Shown here piece by piece: positions 1-14,259 of a DNA stretch of 64,000 bases. Each line of letters begins with the position of its first letter. Position 1 is the stretch's first letter. A model generated the notes under the pieces. That model saw only the letters and a program-made list of their open reading frames with translations. It was not told the origin of the DNA and made no database searches. A program made the translations under genes and the position numbers. This DNA is from the human T2T-CHM13v2.0 reference genome, Homo sapiens: the NCBI RefSeq assembly GCF_009914755.1, contig NC_060939.1; one strand, given 5' to 3'.

Positions 1-1015
1 CCGCCCTGCCCGCCTGCCCGCTGACTCAGGCCTCCAGGAGCCAAGCCTGCTCAGCTCCCCCACCCACCCTAACCTGCTTCCCCACTAGTTCGGCTCTGGT
101 TCCCCTCTCCACTGGCTGGGGCAGGAGAAGACGGTGAGCCCTGGTAGGAAGACCATGGGGAAAAATCAAACCTCACCACCCCCCGACATAGCTCAGAAGG
201 GCTGATTGTGAAACCCAGCTCTGTTCAACATAGTTGAACACAAACTTTTTTTTTCTTTTGGTTTGGTTTGGTTTTGTTGGTCAAACCCCAGTGCAGTGCA
301 GTCTGTTTAAGAAGTAGTGTCGCATAGCTGTGGCCTGGATCTGCTCAGCAGCCCCAGTAGGCAGCATTTATTCCCTTTCGCAACAAAGAGACTGAGACTT
401 GGCCAGAGGGAAGATGGGACCTGCCTAGGTTCACACAGGGAATCTCTGGCGGGGCTGGACTCGAACCCAGCTCCCTGCCATCACTCCTTAGAGTCACACT
501 GATGAACTCATTTAGGGCCAAAGGAAGAAGGGGAGGCAGATTTCCCCTCTAGATGAGTGAAGGGATAGGAGGCTGGTGAACCCAACGGCTGAAATGTGAA
601 GGGTGAGAGGGTAGGGTGAGTCCCCCCAGCCCTGAGGGATGAAGGGTCTGAAGATGGCACTGCACGGTGACAGCTGCAGTGACTCAGGAGCTCCGTTTAC
701 AAAGGAACATGAGTGAGGAACATAACTTAATTTTTTTTTATATCTGACCTGAATTTCTGTTTTCCTCCCCCATTCCCCACATGGTAGAAGTGTAATCTCA
801 CATCAATTTGGGGACCCTTTCTTTCCCCAGGGATGTGTAGAACTTTTGGGGATGGCACATTTGAAGACCTTAGGGAGCTTTGCATTTTAAAGGCTGAATC
901 CCACACTCTATCATACATATTAATATTTACCTGCATTCCACATTAAAGGGTTCAGTTTATGACTTGTGTCCTGTCTTGTAGATACTTAATTAAACGGTAT
1001 TAATTTTGATTTTGC
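1..1015 (+). other. SNX33: Probable distal 3'UTR end of the neighbouring plus-strand gene (SNX33 by remembered synteny)
   Basis: AT/U-rich stretch with ATTAAA at 942-947 and 989-994, followed by a T/GT-rich tract. The gene name comes from recalled gene order, not from coding sequence in the window. Confidence 0.5.
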
Positions 1016-3782
1016 CCCTTTCTGTTGGTGCTCTGCTCTCTTCCCTCCTCCCCGCCCTGCCCACCCAGCAGCACACATTGTTACGGGTTGCTTCTTGCAG
1101 AACTCCTGGACCTGGATGCTGCCATTGGGCCTGCGATGCCCGCCATGGTCCTGGTCAGCATTGGGCCCTCCGATCATCTTGCCCTGCCTCCTGCCTTTCC
1201 CCTGCATGCTCCCTTGATGCCCATCCTGAGTCTCTGTGTGTCTGGCTCTTCTCTGCTCTTGGGCACTCAGGGCTCCTTCCATTTGCCCTGTACTAAGGGG
1301 CTGATAGAGGTCCTTTCTGTGGCCTGTGGCCCCCTCTGGGGCCTGTGGTCATCATTCCACAGCTCCCACTTCGCAGTCAAGCACAGGGAGCTCTGGGGTG
1401 CCGCTTAGACACCCCATGCCACCCTGTTTCTTCTGGGATCTGGCTCCTTTCTTGGGGTTCTACCTGGGATGGGGGTATGAGTCCCACTGCTTCGGAATCT
1501 CCCAGCCTCTGGGGATTCTACTATCTCCCAGTGCAGGCAGCACTGTGATGGGCACTGGATGGTCGTTATTTTACAACCACCCCATGTGCAAGAGATTATT
1601 ACTGTCATTTTACACACCAGGAAATGGGGTCCAGCGAGGGGGGTGCTGGAGTAGCCAAGGCTGGTGCGAAACAGTACCCAGGCCTGGGCTACCTGTGCTG
1701 AGAGGCAGATGGCCAGTGCCAGGGCCGGGTGTTACAGGCTGGCGGAAGCCTGGAGGCACCTGGAGCCTCTTCTGGGCTGACCCGCACCCCTTGCTGCCAT
1801 TTGGCAGGAGTGCTCTGGGGTTGGAGCAAGGGAGTATGAGGCTCCTCCATATAGCCCTGCTGCCCCCAGATAGCAGCAGCCCCCACCCCAACCCCATTCC
1901 TTTCCCTCTACCGCCCAGAGGCAAGTGCAGATCCTGACCAGTGTGGCCTTGCTGTAGGGATGTTTCTTAACTGCTTCATGCTTCTGTTTCTCCACTGAGA
2001 GGGGAGTTCCAGATGGCTGTTAGGAGGGTGACGTGAGCAGAACACATCATCTGGGCAGTGCCTGCACAGCCAGCGCCACTGAGGAGCAGGTGGGGTCATC
2101 AGCCTGAGTAGAGCTGGAGCAGCCCTGGGGAGAGAGAGTGCTAAGAATATTGGTACCCCCACTTCATAGGTTGGAAAACTGACTGGGCAAGCCCTTTAAA
2201 GCCACACAGTGGGTAGATGGCAGAGCTGGGCCTGGAACCAGGCCCCCAACCACCCCCAGACCTTTAGCCTTGCCCCGTGTTGCCACACTGCCTCCGTGGG
2301 GAGCAGATTCCTTGGGGTCCTTGGCTGTCATTGTACTTGTCATCCAGGGCAGGAGGGGTCCGCTGGGCCACTAACAGTTACATATACCAACATATACAGG
2401 ATAGCACAGCCCAAGGTTAAGAGCCCCAGTCTCATACCCAATGCCTCCCATAAACAGATTCACTGGGTGACCTCATGTAAGGTCATCATTCAGTCTCAGT
2501 TTCCTCCAGCATCACTCAAGCGATGGTTACCACGATTATACATGGCCACGAGTTCACGAGTGTGGATGCTGTCACTGCCTCAGGCCGGCTGCATCCTCAA
2601 AGCCACACAGGTCAGCCAGGTTGGGTGGGCCTGAGTGCACAAGAGCTACCATTTTTTCAGTCCTCTGTGCTGGTACCACGACTGTTTGGAAGGTAGGAAC
2701 TCCTATTGTCAACATTTTCCAGCAGACGGTGGCTCAGAGGCATTGAGTCACTGCGAGATTGCGCACCTGCCCCATGGCAGGCCTGGGCTGAGGTCTGCCT
2801 GCACTTGGAGCCGTGCCCTTCCCACCGCACCAGGCTGCCTTTTGAAGGCTGGGGGGCTAGGCGTGGCGGGGGCCACTGTCCTGCTGCAGTGTGAACACAA
2901 GGGTGCTGGGAATCGAAGGGAATGGGGAGGGAGAGGGGCAGGTGGCCGTGAGGGGCAGGTGGTGGGTATTGGGTGGAGGTGGCTGTGTTCCTTCAAGTCA
3001 GTGGGTGAAAGGTCAGAGGGCTTGGCCCACAGAGAGTGCTGAGCAAATATTTGTGGAGAGATAATTTTCTGGAAGGCCCGAGGCTGGGGCATGGGGTCAG
3101 GTTCTGGCTGTGGAGGAGGGGGCTAGACAGGTGAGGCCATGGGCAGCGAGCTGGGGGCAGGAGCAGGACTCTGGTCTCTGAGAAGAACTCAGGAGCCTCC
3201 TTACTCCAGGAGACAATATGGGGGCAGTGAGAGCTGGCAGGAAAATGTCGAGACTCGGGGAAGGGGGCTTGTGAGTGCTGAGCCAAAAAGGGCTCTGGCC
3301 CTGGGGCTGGGCTGGGGTGTCAGGTGGGGCAGGCAGAGGTGGGGTGATGGAGTCTCTGCCTGCATCTGGTACCTGGAGTGTGTGGACCCACCTGTGTGGT
3401 TGCAGGTGCCTGTCAGTGTGTGCACCTGTACCTACCTGCGTGTATGTCCCTGTGGTGGCGCTGGCGCTTGGTATCTATAGTCATTCAGCCACACGAGCTT
3501 TTCCCTGTGTTTCTCAGCCTGGAAAAGACAATTCCTCTCCCCCTGAACCTCAGGCCCACCTTGGGCTCATGCCTGGCTCCTCTCTTTCTCTCATTCCACA
3601 TCCCATCCACAAGCACAGCCTTGTTAGTCCATCAAATGAGACCCCAAATGTAATGCTCTCACCACCTGGGTCCAAACCACTAGGCTTACCTGGACTATTG
3701 CAGCAGCCTCCAAGCTGCCCTTCTGCTGCCTCTCCTGCTCCCTAATGGTCTAACAGGGGCCAGAGTGATCTTTTACAAAAAC

Positions 3783-3850
3783 ATGTGAATGTATATATAT
3801 ATATTTATACATATACACACACGTGCATATACACATATATAAAAATATGT
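3783..3850. repeat. (TA)/(CA) mixed simple repeat
   Basis: Directly visible. Confidence 0.8.
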
Positions 3851-3851
3851 A

Positions 3852-3976
3852 TTTTTTTTTAGAGACAGGGTCTTGCTATATTGTCCAGTCTGGTCTCAAA
3901 CTCCTGGCCTCAAGTGATTCTCCTGCCTCAGGTTCCTGCATAGCTGGGATTATAGGCATAAGCCACTGTGCACAGC
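3852..3976 (-). mobile_element. Alu monomer (FLAM/AluJ-like)
   Basis: Poly-T followed by agagacagggtcttgc...gctgggattataggcataagccactg. Confidence 0.8.
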
Positions 3977-3993
3977 TCAGAGTGAACTTTTAA

Positions 3994-4302
<309 letters not shown>

Positions 4303-4722
4303 TTAAAACCATATTCTAAATCAAATCATGTCTCTCCCCTGCTTTCAACCTCAGGGCTTCCTGCCATACTTAGGAAAGTTTCCAAACTCCTAGCACAACC
4401 CACAAGGCTCCTTCCTGGTCTTGCGTCAGACCCCTCTGCACTTCGGTCATGGAACTCCAGACTCATTGGTCGGCTGGTTTCCTCTTCTGCGTTTGCTCAG
4501 ACCTCAGGGCCTTTGCATTTGCTCTCTTCTCTGTCTTGCATGTTCTTCCTCCCAGATAAACATGTGGTTCTCACCTCAATTAATTCAGATCTCTACATAA
4601 ATGTCACCTCCTTGGAGAAGGCTTCCCTGACCCTGAAATCTAATGAAACTTCCTCGTCCCTCTGTTTCCTTACCCTGCCTTATTTTTTCTTCATTTTACT
4701 TATTACCAGCTGCCAATTATAA

Positions 4723-5146
<424 letters not shown>

Positions 5147-6755
5147 TTTCAAACATACACAAAAGTAGAGAAACGAATATAACAGAACCCCACATGCCCA
5201 CCTCTTGGCTCCAACAATTCTCAACACTGGGTCCCTATTTTACTCCCCCACACCCTTTGCCTTCCGGTGGACTCCAGCATCACACAGTCTCATGTGTGGA
5301 TACTTCAGTTCAAAGGTTATATTTTAAATGTAGCTGTTTCTGGTCTGTCTCCCTCAGTAGAAAGCAGCTTTCTGGGGAGTTGGTGTCTGTCTGTCTTGCT
5401 CACTGCTGTATCTCCAGCTCCGGCACAGTGCCTGGCTCCCAGTAGGTGACTGAGGAGGTCTGCATGGCTGTGTCTGCAGGTCTCTGGGGAGGGCATGTGT
5501 GTAGGTGCTGGTTTGCACATGTCCACCACCGTGTCAGCGAGTGTCTGCACATGCCTTTATGCGCAGCTGCATGTGGCAGTCCTGTGGATACGTGTGCATG
5601 TGTACGTTGCCACAGCAGCTGATGGCTAAATGCGTGCCTACTCCCTGATGTCATTTCCCACACCCCTGGGGACCCAATGACTCGTTCTGGGAAGTATTTC
5701 CCTCTTTCTCAGCAAGGGATGGGGTGTGAAGGGGTGGAAGAGGGGTGTGCACCAGTCTGCTCAGCCCTCTGGAGGACCCAGAGAGCCCCTTCTTGACCTT
5801 CCTTACTAGCAGGGCGCCGTGCTGTCCCCACCAGTAGAGCAGGCAGCCTCTTTCTTCCCTGGCATTGAAACCCAGCCAGTTGGGCCGGCATCAGCTGGGT
5901 GGGGTGTGGAGTGTGTGTGTATGAGGCGTGGTGGTGGCCCATCCTGGCCAGCTCCAAAGGCTCCTAGGGTGACTGCTGTGTAATTGGGCAACTGAGGCCA
6001 TTTAAGCTGGGGACAATTGGGTGTAGACATCTGGTCCAGTGCCCCAGCAGTGCCCCCTCTCCCCCCTGCAAGTTCTGCATCTTAAAGGGCTGGCCCTGGA
6101 AGGCGGGCAGTGGCGTAAGACCTCGCTCTCAGCCCAGCACCGGGTTCATTCCAGGGGCTCCTTGCTGTCGGGCCAGGAGCTCCACAGTGGCTTCTCAGCC
6201 TGCTCTCCAGGGCCCCTTCTTACCCTGGAGGCCAGGGTCCGCGTCCTCTGGCTCTGCATTGTCCTTCCCACCTCCCACCCTGCCTTAGGCTCAGCTCTCC
6301 TCCTTCTTCAGGGCCCAGCCCAGACAGCCCCTGTGTTCCAGGAGGGGCCTGCCCCTTCCACCTGGGCAGTCAGGTTCTTTGGGGCTCCTCCCTCTTGGAT
6401 CCCTGAGGCCAAGACCTCCCCACCATGTAGGCCAGATGGTCCCCACTCACTCCACCCCCAACCTCAGGGAGAGCCTTCCGAATCAGTGAGGTGGGTGTGC
6501 AGCAAGGAAGGGCAGAGTGGCACTGCCAGCTGCTCCTACCCAGAACTGGATCCCTTGCTGCACACCTCACTTCACTCCCTGCCACAGCCCAGTGAAGAAT
6601 GGCCCTGCGTCTCTCTTTGCCAGATGGGGAACACATGCATTCGGCCATCCAAAAGAAGGACTGAGCATTTGTTCGGCACCTACTATGTGTCGGGCACTGA
6701 GATAGCTGCCATAAATTATGATAATAACAATAACATCAGCTTCTACCATTTGTCA

Positions 6756-7559
<804 letters not shown>

Positions 7560-9854
7560 TTATACTGTTTTGGTAGATCTTCATTCAGAGAGAGGGCAGA
7601 AGCTGGGCTGGGGCCCTCTGGCCAGACACATAGCATGAATGCTGGAAGGGACAGGAGGAGGGCTTCTAGGCAGAAAGCAGGCACTGAGCTCCCAGGCCTG
7701 GCTCAATACTCTCTCGAACCAGTGGTCCCTTCTTGAGTTAGAACAGGTGGGTGGACTTGTACAAGCTCACCAAGTGGACAGTCACTGCCTCTGCCCTCCT
7801 TCCTTCAGTTCATGTGTTCTGCCCCCAGACTCTGAGCTTCTCAGGGCAGATTAGGGAGCAGAGGTCCTGGGGCCTTGAACCTTCATGGAGTCCCTGGGCC
7901 TTGCCCCAGTTGCTTGTCCAGGTGCAGTACTCACAAGGCAACCTTTTAGCAGGGCTGACTCAGAAGGGGCCTTTCTACCTGAGTCACTGACTTCCAGGAG
8001 CGCTCAGGCTCTGCCAGCCTCGCCCACCTGCCCAGCAGCTCTTTAGGTCACCCCAGCACAGGCGCCACCTTCCCCAACAAGACTCAACAAGGCTCCCCTG
8101 CCGCAGTCTGGTTCTTGAAGGTCTCTGCCCTGGCCAGCATGTCTGGCATCCCTGGCCCATTGCCTGGCCCCGATGCCTCTCCAGGTGTTGGGCATCCCAC
8201 TGCTGAGAGACATATCTTTGGCATCTGGAAGTGTTTCAAGCCTCTAGGAGGCCTAGCTCTGCCGGTGAATTGCTTTGTGACTATGGTTGAGTCACACCTC
8301 TTCTCTGGGCCCCCTGATTGAATGCACGGTCGTCTGGGTGGGGGAGAGGTGAGGGCATCCGTGGCTCTGCTCTGCCCCTTGCCCCCGAAGGTTGTGATCA
8401 AGTGAGCCCTGTGAGTGGTTAGCCCGGCTGGCACAGCGCCCCATGAGCCTGGATGTTCTCAGGAGGGCTGTTGGGCAGGGGGAGGCTGAGTGTAAGGGGG
8501 TTTGGGGTCATCTCCTCCTCCTGCCCCACTTAACTTTGCTTCTTTCTGTGGTGAGCCCCCACGTGTGATTTGGTGAACGTGTTCTGCCCATAGCGTTCTG
8601 AGATAGACCCTATAGGCAGAACACGTTCAGGCAGAATGACCTCAGGTGTCTGGGTGGGAGGGAGCCACGGGCAAATCTGAAGGAGGTGTGCAGTGAGCTC
8701 TGAAGCATCTGGGAGGGAAAGATTAAATCCACCCGACAGAAACTCAGGGCCTGGGGTCAGGTCAGCCTGGGCCCTAGCAGAGATCTGGGGCCAGAGCAGC
8801 CATCGAGAGCCCAGCCAGCAACCCTGGGGGTGAGAGGAGCAGGGGAGCCAGAGTGGGAACCCAGGAGAGGTCTGGGTAGGATGGGTGGTCAGAGGCCTCT
8901 TGGCTTGAGGGCATGTCTGAGGGAAGGGGGTGCTGTGTTCTGGCAGTAGATGTTTGCTGGACATCTACTGTGTACCCAGCATGGGCACAGCAGTGGCTAG
9001 GCCAGGCTACACACTGCCTTAGTGGAGTGTATAGAATTGAACGATGCCTACTGCAGGGTGTGGGGGTCTGGGGCCTTCACCTGGGCTTTGGCTCAACAAC
9101 CCAGGAGGGGAGTGGAGTTGGTGGGGGTCCCAAAGGCACTCCCAGCACCAGGATAGCCCACAGGCTGGGGGCCATAGACCAGCATTCCTTCTGTGGACAG
9201 GAGAGACAGTGGGGCACCTCTGCGGGACAGAGAGCTCTGGGTGTCCCATGCCCTCCTTCTGACCAGGCCTGGCTGGCAGTGTGACAGGTGGCTTCTTTCC
9301 CCTCTCCTGCTGGCTGCCCTGCTCCTCCATGGGGGAGGCCCTGTGCATGACACAGGCACTGACTGGTGACATTGGCCGGACACTTCCCTTCATCTCTTCC
9401 CCTGACAGGTGAGACCAGATGGGCAGGGAAGGGACAGGAAGGGAAGGAGCAGCCAGATTACAGAAGGTGGGGTGGTGGGGCTACTGTACTTCCCAGGGCC
9501 CCATCTTTGGGAGGTAAGGATGGGAGTAGGCTGTTTCCTGCAGAGCCTCCCCATTGGATCAGATCTGGCTGCTGGTCTTATCCTCCTCTGCTTCCCTCTC
9601 TTGTCCTCACTGGAGTCCCCTGGGGAAGGAACCCATGTCAGAACCCATCCCTCCAAACCTGCAGCGGATGTGGGGGTCTTTGCAAGAGTGAGAGCTGAAG
9701 TGGAATAGAAAACCCTGGGACAGGGCTCGAGGTCTGACCCTTCTTCCAGCTCAGCCACCAGCTCACTGTATGATCTTGGTCTGGGCCCTGCCTCTCCCAT
9801 TTTAGTGTCCCCTAATTAAAGGGTGAGGGGAAGACTTCAGTCAGGACTTACACT

Positions 9855-10002
9855 GTGTCATGTGTCTTCTAATCACCAGGGACCTTGTTAAAACACAGTC
9901 TGATTCAGCTACTCTGGGGTAGGGCCTGAGAGTCTTCATTTCCAACAAGCTCCCAGGTAATGCCGGTGCTGCCAGTTCATGGACTCCACTTTGAGCAGCA
10001 AA
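9855..10002. mobile_element. MER5-like hAT-Charlie DNA transposon relic
   Basis: aatcaccagggaccttgttaaa...ctgattcag...aacaagctcccaggt...ccactttgagcagcaa resembles the MER5A consensus as I recall it. Confidence 0.7.
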
Positions 10003-13000
10003 GACTTAGGCAACTCATTGCATTTGAGTCTGCAAGACCCAGAGACTGTGTCTCTTGGGTCCTTTGCAATCTCACGAGGCATCAGAAGGAAGCCTTGGGA
10101 TTAGCTCCAGGCTCTGGACTAACAGAGCACGGATCTCAGGTTGGCAGGCAGGGGAACTATCCTAGTCCCCTGCTGAGGCTGTGTTTGGGTAAAAAAGTCC
10201 TTCTTGGCAACTGGGCGATTTAATCCAGGGTTGCTTCTGTCTCTAGGGGCTCACAGGACATCTGGAACATGAAGGAACACAACACAACCCACCAATTATC
10301 TTGGTGGCCACAGAGGGCCCTCCAAGGAGCTGATGCCCTTTGTGAGGCTAGTAGCCATCAGTTAAATACTGTAATCCATTACACTGAGAATAGAAATGTA
10401 ACCAGGATGTAGCTGAACATGCCCAGCTTTAGCTGCCATGTGGCTGGGCCTTCCATGGAAAGGACCAGCCTTCTCTAAGGAGAGGAGGAAGCAGACAGAG
10501 GCAGTGAGCCCTCCCACTCTGCGCTTCCCCTCACTGGCCTGCTCACACCGCTGGGTGAAGGCACATGTCAGGGTTAGGTAGTTATTCAATGGTATGCCTG
10601 CGGCTCTTCAGGAAGGGCTGATTGGATTCCTATCTACATCTTCCACTGCATTTTTGGCACAAAATGCTCTGGCTATTGCCTGACCAATCTTAGCGGTAAC
10701 TCCACAGGGATGGCGTTACCTATGAGAGGCCCTAGGGTCGGAGTGGAGCTGTGTAGAGGAGCCCAGCGGGTCTGGTTCTCTACCTTGGTCCCAACTATTT
10801 ACCAGGGCTTCCCGACATCTTACGGCCAGGAATGGGAGATCCAACCAGAGAGGTCTGGAGTTCTGCCCAGGAAGAACCTCCACCTCTTTGAGATCTGGAA
10901 TCTTCAGGGCCTGGAGGAAGATGCCAGCAGCCCTGGCAGTTCTCATTGGTCAGGGGAGGTCGGTGTGGGGTGGCAGAAGCACTTCTCTGGCTTCCTATTG
11001 GGGGATGAGTGTGCAAGCTCAGTGGGCTCCCTGGCTGCCAGAGCAATCTGCTTAAAGGACTGGCTTCTAGGATGCAGGGAAGGGCTCAGAGGGAGCCCCT
11101 TCTCTAGCACCTCAGAGACTAAGCCACTTAGGGTGGTGGGCAGGGTTTCTAAGCTGGGGTCCTGGGGATCTGGGCCCCTCTGGCAACTCCTACCCTGTCC
11201 CCTTCCCCCACCAGTGGGCTCACTTTGCAATTCTGCTGATGTCAGCTTGAGTGCCTTAATGGGCAGAAAATCCTGACTCCTTTGCCCGACTAGGCTAGCT
11301 GGGACTGCAGGGGGCCCCAGGTAAGGAGCATATACTTCTGAAATTTGTGTGTGCCCCCGCGTATGCGTTTGTGTCTTAGGTAGGTAGGTATTTATCTCTG
11401 TGTTGTGTGTCTGAAGGTCATGCATGAGCCTGTGTTCATATACACAATGGCGTGCACAAAGGCACATTATGGATTTGTGTATGTTTGTTTGTGTGGAGAG
11501 GGTCAGGAGCTCCCAGACATTCCTGAACACTTGCATATGGGTTGGCTGTTATCTCCAGCGCCTGGGAGGAACTGGCTCCTTAAAGGAGGGGGATGGTGAG
11601 TTACTTTGTAAAGTGGAGACAAGCCCCTTAAGCCCTGGGGAAAGGGATTTACATAAACCAAGGTCCCACGTTTAGGTTGGGTTCTCAGCTCTGGTGTGCC
11701 CATGAAAGACCCTCTCCCAGGTCCTAGCAGAGCTGCTGGCACAGTGCCCTGGGTGCCAGCCCACTGTCCTGCATGGGCTCAGAGGAGCTGGAACGGTGTC
11801 AGCTGGTGCCAGCTCCCTGGGGGCAGGGCAGGCCGGGCCAGGCTATGTGAACAGAGTGTGTCCTCAGTCCTCTGGGGGAAATCGGAGACCAGGCCAGATC
11901 CTGCCTGCTGGGTCTCTCACCCTCTTCTCAGCTTACACTTCCAGGGAAACTGGTCACCCTGGGTAGAGACTTGCTCCAGATATCAGGGCCCTGAGGCTCC
12001 AGCCTGAGCTCCTGGGAGGGGATGTGGTGTAGAGACACCCTTGGCCAGGCCCCTGCCTCAGGCTGGCCTGGGGCGCCAGAGAGACCAGGCTTGTAGAAGG
12101 AACGGAGCAGGCTCACGCGGAGCCCTGTGCACGGTGAGCTCAGGGTGCAGAGGGATCTCTGGGGCCCTGGTCACCCTCCCTGGGGAGTCCTGCTTTTCAG
12201 TGTGGCAAGAAGCGCCTTGCTGTGTGACAGCCCTCTTCCCCTCCCTGACTCTTAGTCTCCCCTGGGTCCTCTGGGGGCCCTAACAGCAGGATGTACCTGG
12301 CCTCCTGCCCGAAGCCTCTCAGAGTGGAGGAGGACCTAGGAGGCTGGACACTGAGATGCGAGAGGCGTCATAGGAGGGGCGGTCCAGGGGCAGGGTGGGG
12401 AGGAGACTTCTCTCTTGCTCATTCCTGGTTCAAATGTTTCAGATGTCGGGACGCAGGGAAGAGGTGACTCTGGTCCCCAGATGCAGGTCAGCTGCCAGAG
12501 GCTGGCCAGGGCTTCCCACCCACTGACCCTGGCTGCACTCAGAGGCCTCTCACATTTCTCTTCCTCTCTTCAGTCTACTGTCAGGGCCAGGCATATCCCC
12601 TGGGACCCAGAATCTGTCTCCATTGCCCCCAACCCTGCGACACCCTCAAGAGAGGTCTAGAGGGTGGTGACTCAGTAACTCAGAGAGGGCCTTCTGGAGA
12701 TGCCGCGGCCTCAGAACCCCTCTGTAACCCAATGCTGGCCTCTCAGGCCACGTGCGGGGATGCCTGGCTTTTCTGAATCCTTGCTGCTTCCTCTGGCTTT
12801 GAGAAGCAGCACACTTGGTCCTCCTGTTGGGAGGGTGGACACCAGCAGAAGCCTTCCTTGTAAAAGTTTCTAGGAGGCACCTGTGGTGGTTCTCCTCCCC
12901 CTCCCCCTTGGTACCATGTCCCAGCCTTGGGATCCCCAAGTCCCCCCACTCCCTTCACTTTGCTGCTGCAACCCCTTGAGAGGTGGCTGGGGAAGGACAG

Positions 13001-13029
13001 GGGTATGGAGGTCGAAACTCAGGCTAATA

Positions 13030-14259
13030 AATCTAGGGTGGGGAGCATTTATTTTAATTTTTGTCTTGCAGCTCTTTGTAGAGGACCTAGCCTTTCTCTA
13101 CTGAACTGAAGGGGTTTGGTCCCATCACCCGAAGACTGGCCCACCTGCCCACACAGGTGGGGGCACAGGAGGTCTGGGAGGCCCCAGGAGGTGGAAGTTC
13201 AGAGGCCTGCCTGGCCCTGTCCATCCCACTGGCTGAGGCCAGGCCGGAGGGCCGACCCCAGGGGCCCTCTGTATGCAAGCCGACGCAGACAAGGGCCCAG
13301 TGCATAGTTAAGACACAAACACCACACAGCTGTCCAGAGCCTCCAAAGCACTGTTTATCCAGGCTCCATGGAACCAAGTGCCCCCAGCTGCCTGCCCTAG
13401 TCCTCAGGGGGGCACTGGCACTACAGTGGCCTCGGCCTGAGACCCTCGATGAGCCCCAGCCTAGCCTGCTCCAAAGCCACTGACACATGCATGTTTAGCC
13501 CTTGGCCCATCAAGATGGGGCCCTGGGAATGAACTGGCTGCAGACCCTCCTCCATCCCACACCCCCAGGGGCTCCATCAGTCCTGGCTAGCTCAGCACCA
13601 TGTTAAATAGCTTCCTTGCAATCTCCCTTAAATAAACCCATCCCCAGAGCAACCTACCCACCCTGCACCCTGAATATATTATCCTATTGGCTTATGCCTT
13701 CTAGACTGGAGGCGCTCTCTCCTCTTGCCCTCTACTCCAGGGGATACCATCTCCCTAAAAAACCAGGGGAGGAAGTTTTTTTCTCAACTCTGGGGCAGAG
13801 ACAAAGGGTGGCCTGGGTTGGAGTGGAAAAGCCAGGAATAGCTTCCTCTGTCCCTTCCCTCCCCAGGGTACTTCCTTCTCCTTGCCCTCTTAGCAGCCTG
13901 GGTCAGGCGTGACTTACCCAAGGTCACAGACCCAGGACCCAGAGTCATGACCCATGTAGGAGGTTACCCTGGTTTTGACAGCCCAAACCAGCTCCAGGGC
14001 AGGAGGACTGAACTTAAGCCTGCCTCCACCTTGGCCCCTGCAGTTCTCCAGGCTCGGAGTGAGCTGAGGGAGGTTCCAGCTCTTGACTCCACTCTGTCCC
14101 GGACCCCTGGGACTATCTCCCAGGACCCTCCACCCCTGGTGTCTCCAGGTCTCTCTTGCTCTGGGGATACTCAGACAGCACCGGGCATGGAAGCAATGGG
14201 GCCCGGGACATGGGCAAGCCTGTCCCTGGCCCGATCAGCATCTGGGCCCAGGCCAGGCC
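13030..14259 (-). other. CSPG4: CSPG4 3'UTR (~1.2 kb)
   Basis: Runs from the stop codon to just past the AATAAA at 13053-13048; exact cleavage site inferred. Confidence 0.8.
13048..13053 (-). terminator. CSPG4: CSPG4 polyadenylation signal AATAAA
   Basis: tttatt on the + strand, in an AT-rich patch ~1.2 kb past the stop codon. Confidence 0.8.
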
